Source: Marsupella aquatica (Eukaryota; Plantae; Marchantiophyta). Taken from it: a DNA stretch of 64,000 bases. The stretch is taken from the NCBI GenBank assembly GCA_973895155.1, contig OZ316897.1, positions 13,515,375 through 13,579,374 of the forward strand. The letters are read 5' to 3'. Of the stretch, positions 13,238 to 24,614 are shown one piece after another; the first letter of the stretch is position 1; each line of letters starts with the position of its first letter. The position numbers and the translations under genes are program-made. The notes beneath the pieces are model-generated. The model had not been told where the DNA came from. It worked only from the letters and a program-made list of their open reading frames with translations, and did not search any database.

Positions 13238-16200
13238 TGTTAGAAATCCATGAGCCCAAGAATGTGGAAATGCGGTGTGTATGTCATTGAGTAGTGAGGG
13301 GTTTTATACATGGAGTTGGCATCCCTTGGATGCCTGGTCAAGTCAAATGAGAATATTGTGTATTCTCTCATGCTACACATTCCCTCACATGTACCTATAA
13401 CATAGTTCATCTCATGGTCTAATTTAAGTCACTAATTTAGGACGGTGGCCCACAACTAAGGACGGTGGCCTACCACTTAGGACGGTACGTGGCCTACAAC
13501 TAAGGACGGTGGCCTACCACTTTGGACGGTGGCCTACCAATTAAACCTTTTCTAATACTCCCACTTTAGTGACTAAATTAGAACCCTAATAAAGCCCTAG
13601 CATTATTCTCAAATAAATGTGTTTATCTTTTGGAAGTCCTTTGGTGAGAATGTCCGCTGCCAGTTCCTCGGTGGGACAATAGATTACTTCTATTTCACCA
13701 CTATCAACTAGTTCCCTACTAAAGTGATATTGAATATCGATGTGCTTGCTCCTATCATGAAGCCGAGACGCTTCAAGTAAGCTAAGAGCACTTTGATTAT
13801 CACAATGAATGACGGCTCTTGCTTGCTGATGATGCAAGTCTCCAAGAAGTCTTTTCAACCATACTATTTCAGTGCATGCCTTTGATAAGGCCATGTAGTC
13901 TGCTTTGGTGCTAGACAAGGCTACAAATTTTTGTTTTTTGCTTGCCCAACTCACTACTGCACCTGAGAGCATGAAACAATAACCAGAGGTTGATCTTCTT
14001 GTGTCAATATCTCCTCCCCAATCAGCATCAGTATATCCATGTAAGGGAATAAAAGATTCTGATCTTTTATGCACCAAACCCATACTTGATGTGCCCTTCA
14101 AGTACCGAATAATTCACTTCACAGCCATCCAATGCTTTGGACCTGGATTGGACATGAATTGTGCCACTGATCCAATTGCAAAGGATAAGTCAGGCCTTGT
14201 ACAGATCATAGCCCACATGAGGCTTCCAACTGCATTCTAGTATGGTACAGTCTCCATCTGTAACTTTTCATCTTCAGTTTGTGGGCTATCATCCTTGCTT
14301 AGCTTTAAGCCCAACTCAACTAGAGTATGCACTGCCTTGCAATTCTCCATGTTGAAAGTGCTTAATTTGTCCAAGATGTATCTCTCTTGAGACATCTTAG
14401 GCCAACCCTCTTCTCTGTTGCGGGAGATTTCCATACCAAGGCAATTATGTATATTGCCTAAGTCACTCATCTCGAATTCCTTCATGAGTGTCGTTTTGAC
14501 TTCAGCTAATATGTTGGTGTCATTGCTTGCAAGTATGCAATCATCAACATATAGAGCTAATATCACAAAGTTTCCTTCTGACTCATAATAGTACACATTT
14601 GAGTCAGCTATGCACTTTCTAAAACCAATGCTTAACAAGAAAGTGTCAATCCTCTTATACCATAACCTAGAGGATTGCTTGAGGCCATATAATACCCTCA
14701 ATAGGAGACATACCATTTCAGGGTCAAGAATTTTCTCCAACCACTCTAATCCTTCAGGCAACTCCATGTAGATTGGTTCCGTGAGTATACCATTCAGGAA
14801 TGTTGTCTTCACATCTAAAAGGATGACCTCAAGGTCATAAAAGTCCACCAAGGATAGAATGAGCCTTATAGATGTGATTTTCACTACTGGTGAAAAAGTA
14901 TCCAAGTAATCAACCCCATAGACTTGAGAATAGCCTTTGGCTACAAGTCTAGCTTTGTATCTTGCAATGCTTCCATCCAGGTTGTACTTCAACTTGAAAA
15001 CCCACTTATAGCCCACCGCCTTTCAATTTTGAGGAAGCTTGACTATGGTCCATGTGTTGTTTTTCTTCAATGAGTCTAACTCATCATTAATGACTTTCCT
15101 CCATTGCTCTGCATTTGGTCTTGTAAGTGCCTCCTTCAAAGAAGTAGGTTCCGCCATTCTTGGACCAAATTCAGTCACTAAGGCCACAATGGCTGAATCG
15201 GAGTCAAAACCATATCTCCTCGTTGGTATCTTCTTCCTCTTTCCCCTTCCAAATTCAGGTTCTGAGAATTCAACGTGAGTAGAGGCATCATTTTCTATTG
15301 AACCTTCAAATTCATCAAAATGTGTTGCAAATGATTCTGTGGACCTGGATCGTGGTAGTGGACTACTTGGTTGTGGTCCTCTTGAAGTAGATGTGCCTGA
15401 AATTTCAGTAGCCTCTTCTCTAACATCAGGTGCATTAGCTCCCACTTGAGCTAAAGCCGGTGCTCCTACTGGTGCTAGTGCTGGTGCTCCCACTGGACCT
15501 GGTGCCGGTGCTAGCACTGGTGCTCCCATTGGAGTTGGTGTTGGTGCTAGTGCTATTGGAAGTTCAAATAGCACCGGATCATCCAACTCTAAAGTAACTA
15601 GGCCTTTTCCACCGGGCTGGTCTTCTTTAAATCGAACATCTCTTGCCACAATCACCTTGCGATCGGTTGTTCATTGAACCCTATAGACATCTCTTGATGT
15701 GGAGTCTTCTGGATATCCCAAAAAAATACAATCTTTGGTATGATTGTCAAGCTTTCCTCGATGGTTTTTGTTGATGTTAAGATGTGCTCTACATCCAAAA
15801 ACCCTGAGATGTGACAAGTTTGGTTTTCTCCCATACCAAAGCTCATATGGTGTCTTGTTGGCATCTAGTGCTTTTGTGGGTGTTCGATTTTGAAGGTAGT
15901 TAGCTGTATGAATAGCTTCCCCCCAATAGGATCGAGATAGACCTGAATGATTCAACAATGATAGAACTGCCTCCACTAGTGTTCTATTCTTTCTCTCAGC
16001 TACTCCATTTTGTTGAGGAGTCTCTGCAACTGTAAATTGCCTTGCAATCCCATGTTCTTTGCAAAATAGGTCAAAGGTTGTCGACTTGTACTCTCCTCCA
16101 TTGTCAAACAGCAACACCTTAACCTTTTTGTCGGGTTGTGTTTCTGCAAGAGCTTTAAACTCTTTGAATTTCTCAAAGGCTTCTGACTTGTGCCTCAAGA

Positions 16201-18600
16201 GATATATGGTACAATATCTCAAGAAATCATCAATGAATGTGATAAAGTAGACATAGCCTGAATGAGTGGCAATGCAAACTGGGCCACAAATATCTGAATG
16301 AACTAAGGCAAGAAGTTCAGTTGCCTTTGATCTTCCACCCTTTGGATATTTCAACTTTGTAGACTTTGCCTTTGCATAGGCTCCGCAATTAGACAAAGAA
16401 ATTCCATCAAATTTACCAATGCCTTCCACCATGTTGTGGTCTTGTAGTTGTTACATTCTAGCTTCATTGATGTGGCCAAGCCTTTTATGCCACATTGCCC
16501 CACTTGTTGTGATAACAATATTTGCAGTGTGGAGGCTTACAGTTACACCAAGTTTATATAACTTGTTAACAGTAAAGCAAGTACTAATGATAGAGCCACT
16601 TGGACTCTTCAAAGTACATGAACCTTTCTTGATGATAGCCTCTCCTCCTTCTTCATCAAGTTGGTTCACTGAAAATAGGTTCTTTGTGAGGCAAGGTACA
16701 TGAAGTACTTTTTCCACCATCCTCACTGAACCATCATGGAGTTTAATGGGAACACTTTCCACTCCAACAATCTGCAAGGTCGAATCATCTCCCAAATACA
16801 CTACTTGGGTATGATCCCAAGCTTTGTATTCCACAAAGCTTTCTCGATGATGCGCCATATGTTGGGTTGCAGAAGTGTCCACATACCAACTTGAATCTCC
16901 TTCATCGGAATTCCCAATTGATGCCACATACAACTTATGTATGGCTGAGTTCGCTTGAACCTTCTTGGCATCATTTCCCTCCTTGGCTATCCTTGCGCTG
17001 CAGTCGCGAATAAAATGTCCTTTCCGTTTACAAAAGTGATATTTCATCTTGGAAGCTTTCTCCTTCCATGGTTTTTGGGAGGTGCTAGCCTTCCCAAAAT
17101 TACTACCTTGTGATATGGTAGATTTTGACCCTAGCCTTGAGTCAATGTAAATTGTTGTTGTCAACCCTGCCAAGTCCTTCATTTTTTGCATCGTTTCCTC
17201 TTGCAATATATATGCAATCAAGGACGGAAGAATTAGAGTTGTATCCCTCCTTAGAGGAATAATTGCCCCCCTCCAACTTTGAGGCATGCTCCTCATGAGT
17301 GCCAATCGTGCATCCTCATCTGACACTGGTGCTCCTGCTGCATTAAGTTGCTCCAAAATTTCTCTTAAAGCATGTACATGCTTTATGACGCTTTCTCCTT
17401 CCTTCATCTTGAGAGTGGCCAACTTGTCATGAAGATACATCTTGGTTATGGCATCACTTGCTTCAAACATGTTGAGAAGTGTTGACCATGCTTCCGCAGC
17501 AGTCTTGGCACTACTGATATGATGTGCTTGTGAATTCTCCATGCCTTGTGTCAGAATTCTAAGTGCCTTGTTGTCTTTGTGATCCCACTCTTCCAATTCA
17601 TCTTTTGTTGGGGTGTACATTGGAGTTGTTGTTGGCTTTGGGCTAGTGCCATCAACAATTCCCATCAACTTCTCATCTTTGAAATTCAAAGTCAATTTTC
17701 TTTCCACACTTGGAAATATGTGCCATCAAACTTTGGGATCTTCATGTTTGACGTCATGTTGAGCTGTTGCTCAAAAGAAAAGGACCAACGCCTTTGACTG
17801 GATCACTATCCAATAATCTTCTTGCCACCGCAAAAAATCTTCTTGACCACTGCAAGAAGCACTGCATTCACAATAGAAAACTTCTATTGTTGCTCACCAT
17901 AGATGACCTACTCGAAACGCTTTCCGTTGCATCTACCTCGTCACATTCTTCACAATGCCAAAAACCAAATTTGAGATCAACCGTCCTCTCTCCCAAAATG
18001 TGAATTCGACAAACTCTGTTCCTTTAGAAATGCCATCTAATCGTGCTTAGATTTGGCCTCAACTGCTTCCCCCAAAAAATTTGTCTTGCTGCCTGATGTA
18101 CCTGCTTGAAAAACTTTTCTCATCAATTGGTAGGGAATTGAGTCCAATTCTTATTTCTTCAAATTTGATTCAAGTAGTTCTAGAGGGGCAATCCTCTCTC
18201 TAGACCAACTCTCCTCTCCTCATAAGAAATATGAAGTCCCACAATTCAGAAGTAACACAACAAGGCTCTGATACCATGTTAGAAATCCATGAGCCCAAGA
18301 ATGTGGAAATGCGGTGTGTATGTCATTGAGTAGTGAGGGGTTTTATATATGAAGTTGGCATCCCTTGGATGTCTGGTCAAGTCAAATGAGAATATTGTGT
18401 ATTCTCTCATGCTAAACATTCTCTCACATGTACCTATAACATAGTTCATCTCATGGTCTAATTTAAGTCACTAATTTAGAACGGTGGCCCACAACTAAGG
18501 ACGGTGGCCTACCACTTAGGATGGTACGTGGCCTACAACTAAGAATGGTGGCCTACCACTTTGGATGATGGTCTACCACTTTGGACGGTGGTCTACCAAT
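13238..18600 (-). mobile_element. Ty1/copia element B, nearly full length with paired LTRs (3' LTR 13238-13557; 5' LTR 18277-18600, truncated)
   Basis: Both LTRs start TGTTAGAAATCCATGAGCCC on +. PBS TGGTATCAGAGC (tRNA-iMet) at 18265-18276 (-). PPT AAAGTGGGAG at 13558-13567 (-). Complete gag-PR-INT-RT-RH domain order. Confidence 0.96.
13586..17757 (-). pseudogene. Copia B gag-pol polyprotein, frameshifted
   Basis: MTSNMKIPKFDGTYFQVW (gag), WYVDTSATQHM (protease), WHKRLGH, HSDICGP...DNGGEY (integrase), LYVDDCIL (RT), YTDADWGGDIDTRRSTSGY...CDNQSA...KHIDIQYHF...ADILTKGL (RNase H). Split over six ORFs. Confidence 0.95.
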
Positions 18601-20930
18601 CGGTGCACAAAGCAAATCTTTCATCATTAGACACAACCAAACTAGCCTGATGAAAAACAATCTTTGGTTTATTTTTGCAATTCCTTTTGACGTGGCCTGT
18701 CTTGCCACAATTCTAACACTCCACACCTTTTGAATCCAAAATCTTGGATCAAGAGTGTTGAGGAATTAAAGTTTTTGGTTGAAATCGACTCTTCGTTACT
18801 GATAAAGCAAAAGAGGACGCATGAGAGGTTACATGCATTTTTTTTCTACTATCATCCACAAGAAGAGTGCTCACCGGCTCATCATAGGAAATCTGATCCT
18901 TATCATAGAGTTTGGTCTAAGTCAAATGCTCGTACAATTTGGGCAAGGAGATAAGAAGAAACAAAGTTTTTTTCTCGTCTTCAACTTTTTTATCGAGAGT
19001 GACCAATTTGGACACTATCAAGTTAAAGGTATCAATATGATTGGCAAGTTTCGTACCTTCCATCATGTGTAGTGTCATCAACTTTAAGGTAGTGTATAAG
19101 CAAGTTGCCAAGAATTTCTTTTGGTACATCTGTTTGAGTCGTTCCCACAATTTTGTCGGTGAATCCTCAGTCAACACTTGGAGTAGAACATCAGATGCCA
19201 AGTGCAATCGGATTAAGCTGAGAGCACATGCACAGATGTCCTCCCAATCCTCCTTAGACATTGTCGATGGTTGACTTTTCAATGCTACGCCCAAACCTTG
19301 CAAAACTAACATGTCTTGCATTTGAACTTGCCATAACGTAAAATTATTGTGGCCAGTAAACTTCTCCACCTCATATTTGGCACTAGTAACTTTTGATGGA
19401 GCCATTGTACACCCCTAGGACCTTGAAGTGCCAAAAATCACTTTGCAACTTCTCAATTTCATGCAAATTTGTACAGCAACACACGGGAGCACGACAACAT
19501 TAGCCACAAAATGACCAAAAATGAAAGTTGCTGAAATTGAAATCCAAGAATATTCCTGGATACCCTAGAAGGTATTGGATTTTGTCCCAAAATCCGTTTG
19601 GCAAAAACATATCTCAGTTGAGATATTATTACCGCCAAGTAAGAGGGGGTCAAAATATAATAATTGGACCCTCGAGGAGAATCAATTCACTCAAATCCGC
19701 AAGAAAAGTTGGTTTGACAAATCGTTTGCACAAGCCCCTACTCAACTCCCTAAAGTATGCCCTTGCAAAATATTGTGTCGATACAACATCGAATGATTTG
19801 CTGAAATTTTGATTCCGTCGCAAAAATGAGCTTGATGGAAAAATATATTTTCCTTAAATTCTTGCAACCCTTGTACAGGCCCTATGGTAAAATTTTTAGA
19901 GCTGCCTAGGAGTTGCCACGTGCCCCCTTGCCCCCCTTGTCACCCCCCTGACCCTTTTTTGGCGTCCGCGTGCCGTCCCGCGCAAGTAAATATTCGCGGT
20001 AGACTTATCCCCCAGTGAGGTATCTTAGATATCTCTTGGGGTTTCAACGAAAAGCAAAACCGATTTCAGATTTTGAAACTAGACTTCAATGTGCTTCTAA
20101 TCGATATAAAGAACTCTGAAAATGGTGAAGAATTGAGGGAGATAGAATTTGATTAAGATCACTGATTTTCACCTAGCCACCATAGCTAGGACTTTCGAGC
20201 TCAACTCAATCCAAGAGTTCTTTGCGACAACTCAATGAAACACATTGATTTCTTCACCACCGCATTCCATAGCAACATCACTCATACCAACTTTCCTTTA
20301 ACAATCACGAACGTTTTACAAGAAACCAAAATCATATCACGGAAGCCATATTTCCCTTGGTAATCAAGTTGGGACCTCAAAAACCATCGAAAAACCGTCT
20401 AATATAAAGATTGAAATTGCTCAACCATATGTGAACAATCTCTCAACTAAACATGCAAGTTTCCACTCCGTAGACCTCCTTATCCGATCACCACTTCGTA
20501 TGTCAACGTTCACATTTCCACTGTGTCCCCCGAAACCGTCAATCAATCACGATAAACTGTTAAGACATCAGCTGATCCCAAACCGAAGCTCTGATACCAA
20601 TTGTAGGATCAAAACGGATAGCATAACGTCTCATAATCGTCAGTCATACAATACTCTCGTACACCGACACAAAGATATGTGGTTCACCCTGTCAAGGCTA
20701 CGTCCACGGCCGCACCAAGAGCTTCACTATGAACACATAAAGTACATATCACCATAGCTCCATGGTCTAAGCTCTCTCTCTCCCTTTCTCACACAAAGTT
20801 CTCAACTAAGTATTCTCTCCATATGGGACACCAAGAGGGTTATCCCTTCATGAAGAGTCTAATCAACTAATGTTAACTCCGGTTAACTTACTCTAGTTAA
20901 CCTAGCCAAGGTTGATTCAAAACCCTAACA
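18601..20930 (-). mobile_element. Ty1/copia element C: 5' LTR (20602-20930), PBS, leader and gag only
   Basis: LTR reads TGTTAGGG...ATCCTACA on -. PBS TGGTATCAGAGC at 20588-20599. gag MAPSKVTSAKYEVEKFTGHNNFTLWQ (19405->) runs to a CxxCGKTGHVKRNC knuckle near 18720-18675, then stops abruptly at the copia B LTR. Confidence 0.92.
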
Positions 20931-22330
20931 CACTTTGCTAGCACAATATCAATAGGATGGCTTTGAGAGGAAGTATGTCATGCATGGAGCAGAGGGTTAC
21001 AAAAACCTTTTAAATGACATGGGGCGTTGCATGCATGAGACTATGGAGAAAGAAGAAGACATGACCCGAGATAAAATTGTTGCCATAATAAGTGATTTTG
21101 AGAAGCCAAGTGGATTTGTTGAATATCTGGCGTTGAACTTTGCGGTAAATCTTTGGGACAAGTTGGAAATTAAACCAATTTGGATGAGACTGGGGCCGTC
21201 ATGCTTGGAGTTCCTAGGCTATACACACATAGAAGAGATTTGCTAGCAAAATGGAGCAAAGAATTAGCAATGGCCAAATTGAAGAGTAATGTCAAATATG
21301 CGAGCAAGGTCGTGCAGTTTGGAGAGATTGGCGTGGAAGTTGCAGATAGAGGAACGCATCCATCACGAGTTCTTCCCATGGTCAGGAGTATTCATTTTTT
21401 GAGGAGGGAGCAAGTAAAGAATTTGCATCGCATTGGAAGCGGCATCCAAGGACATGTGTTCATATGTCATATATTGGATTGCCCATTGATTCCTCAAAAT
21501 GCAACACTAGTTGCAAAATAATTCAAGGATGAAGACCGACACAAAAGACAAACAGATGCTTTACAAGAAATGCTAATGGGAGACTTGAATCACAAAGGAA
21601 TCATTGGGGCCTTGGCAATGACCATCAAAGATCCACCCAAACTTATCTATGATCATTACAATGGAAGTGACTTGGGAAGCTTCATAGATAAGTGTGGGAA
21701 GTGAAGTACGAGCAAAGGGAAGTCACAATCTACTTATGAAGTTGATGTCACATTCATATCTGAAAAGAATATTTTTTGGAACATCGTTTGGGGATTGGGG
21801 ATTGCTATGGCTTTATTGGAGACCTTGCAATACTTGCATGCACATGACCGTTTCCATTGTGACCTTCACTTTGGAAATATCCTTCTTCACTTTGATCATG
21901 AGGATGATTTGGCAATCAAAGTTTATGTTGGAATATGTGATTTTGGGTTGTCCAAACATAAATCACAATGCACATTATCACATAATCGAATGTGGTCCAC
22001 CCTAGCAGAGAAAGCTGTGGCCTATCAGAAACAATATCCTCAATTGGTGTCTGAGTTAGTTCGACCTGATTCAGCAGAGTACAGCCAAACAACTGATATA
22101 TATGCTTTGGGCAATGTCTTTGAAACATTACTTACAAAAAATTGGGATGGAATGGGCCCAATGACATGATATTTGAATATGGGTTGGAATGCTAGAGAGC
22201 ATGGTCCAAAATTGGAGAGTATGATACGTGACATGATGGCCACTGATAGTAGCAAAGAATGGATTGCGTTCATTGGAGTTTGAGATTGATGAGGACATTC
22301 TAGGATTGTAGATTAGTGTAGCACAATAGT
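20931..22330 (+). pseudogene. Degenerate protein kinase (non-RD, HCDLHFGN) with an unidentified N-terminal region; 5' end cut by copia C
   Basis: Subdomains appear in order: RIGSGIQGHVF (Gly loop), LVAK*, QEMLM..LNHKGII, LIYDHYNGSDL, IAMALLETLQYLH, HCDLHFGNILL, ICDFGLSK, YPQLVSEL, YSQTTDIYALG. Stops and frameshifts present; no obvious introns. Confidence 0.85.
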
Positions 22331-22532
22331 CCTTATCTTAGAGATTAATGATTGCATAGTTTCTTCAAGAATGACAATGAGACATGACATGAACTATCAT
22401 CTATTCAATCATGTCATATGACTTTAAATGTTTTTCTCCTTTGCTTTATTGTGTATTGTTATGATTTTTACCTTGATGGTTAAATATTGAATGAATGCTA
22501 AATATGTTTATGTCATTGTAGATCTTGCAAGG

Positions 22533-24500
22533 ATGGGAAAATATGTATTGAAATCCGATGAATAAGAGAAACCTTGTACAAAGGATGGGCATGCCCAAGA
22601 TTTACACAACTATGCTATGGAAGAGTATGCTGCAATAGATTCTCAACCCATAGATTCCTAACCCACGGATGAGGACATGGGAATGAGTAGCAACCATGCA
22701 AAGCAAAGCAAAACCAAAATGGAAGAGGACACCAAAGATGTTGAATGGAATATCACAATACCAAATGTGAAATCTCCTCACAACGAATGACCCATAAACG
22801 TAAAAGAATTGGAGATATTGATGCCGCGTGTGAAGTTTCACAAATTTATGAAAATCATTTTTGATGATGAAAATTTATGGTCCACAAGGTCTTGGTTGCA
22901 AGAGAAGTACACCACGTCGAAGATCACACATGTGGAGATTGGCAAACATTGGCAACAACAATTTTGAGAGTATGCTAAATGAGTTTGGTTTATCCGCCAT
23001 TTCTTAAACTCCTAATTGTTGAATTCATCCTCAAGTGGAAAGTGGATTACCGTTGGGAAACGGAAGAGGGCAAGATAACTCACAATGTGCATCAGTCTGT
23101 CTTGGACATTGTAGATATTAAAAAGAGTTCTATTGCATAAGATATCTCGGCACATGCAACCAACAAAGGGTCCAAAAGAAAGATAGATGATACGCAAGAC
23201 ATTTATGTGCATCAGAAAGATAAACCGACTGCATTCGAATGACTCTTCACTAAATCTGAAAGTTACGGTGCAAAAAATATGTGGAAAAAAAATCAAACAT
23301 TCTAGTTGCCTCTACAAGTAACAATGTACCTAGAAAGTTCATTGGTGTTTTGAATGCAAAGAAAGAATCACTGAGGATGGAGATTGTGTGCAAGATTTTT
23401 GGGCACAGAGATCGGTCAATTGATCAAGAACAATCTTTGCACAAAATTTTGTCTTGAGCTTTGTGAAGCTGACAACATTGACCTTGCAAGATAATGTTAT
23501 GAAGATGAAAGCGATGAAAAAATGCCCATTCAAACTATGGCTACTTCAAAGAGCAAGGAATACAAGGTGCAACTATACGACAAGATGGAGGAGATCGCAA
23601 GGCTCAAGAAACAACTTGCCCAAAAGGATGGTCAATGTAGTCAAATGATGCAAGTTCAAGAGGCACATAGAGTTATTCTTGATTTGAAGAATCAAGTTGC
23701 ATCACAAGAGGTGATCATAAGCAATCTGCAAGAGGAGATTGAGCAAATGAACACTACCGAGGTGGATGGTCAGTCTAACAATGAAAAATCAAGATGTAGT
23801 AACTACAATTATATGAACTTGCACATGATTGATCCTAAGGGACAATCTAACCTTTTTTCGGATATGGAAGTTGATCCAGAAGATGTTGAGAAATTTTTTG
23901 ACAAGTGGAAGAGTGATGAGAGTATGACCCAATTTGTTCGAGAAAATGATGGAAGACGTACTTGGTGCTTGTATCTATGGGGTCCCAAATCTGTTTCCAT
24001 TTTGGGAACATGTGGTTACTTATGGCATCATGCTTGCTTGTTTAGGTGGATGAAGAAGAGTCAAAAATGTTGGTGTCAGAAACTATTTCATGAATGAGAG
24101 TATGAGCAATGAGGTTTGTTGAAACAAATGCCACCAATGAAAACACAACAAGATAGTGAAGAAATGACTCAAGAGAGTATTGCAATGACACACATTGATT
24201 CAAGGCCCATTGACAACTTCACAGTCAATGAATGCAACTTGTTAGATGGTGACTTTGAGAATTTGTTATTCAATGGTAGATTGCAACAGTGAAAATAATA
24301 TGCAATAGCTAATCTATACACATCAAACATCTACAAATCTATACACATCAAATCTATACATGAACAAAGGAAATCAAATTTGGACCTCGATGAGTCTCAA
24401 ATTCAGGATGACGAGGACTACTCATTTGATGCAAACTTTGTAATGTCTTCCCAACCAAACCCATCCTTCATATACCCAACATTGAATCTACAAAATGATG
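22533..24500 (+). pseudogene. Degenerate long ORF: unknown domain + coiled coil + RING-type zinc finger + acidic tail
   Basis: The frame is readable across isolated stops from MGKYVLKSDE. 23522-24097 has a heptad region (LYDKMEEIARLKKQLAQKD...LQEEIEQM) and TWC...TCGYLWHHACLFRWMKKSQKCWC, a damaged RING-H2 pattern. Confidence 0.6.
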
Positions 24501-24614
24501 TCCAAACAAATACTTCATACTTATTTCAACGATGAGGTGCTGCATCAGAGCTCTGTCCGGAGAGAACAACATCAACTTTGTTTACACAACCTGATGATTC
24601 ACAGTGGGGACAAC

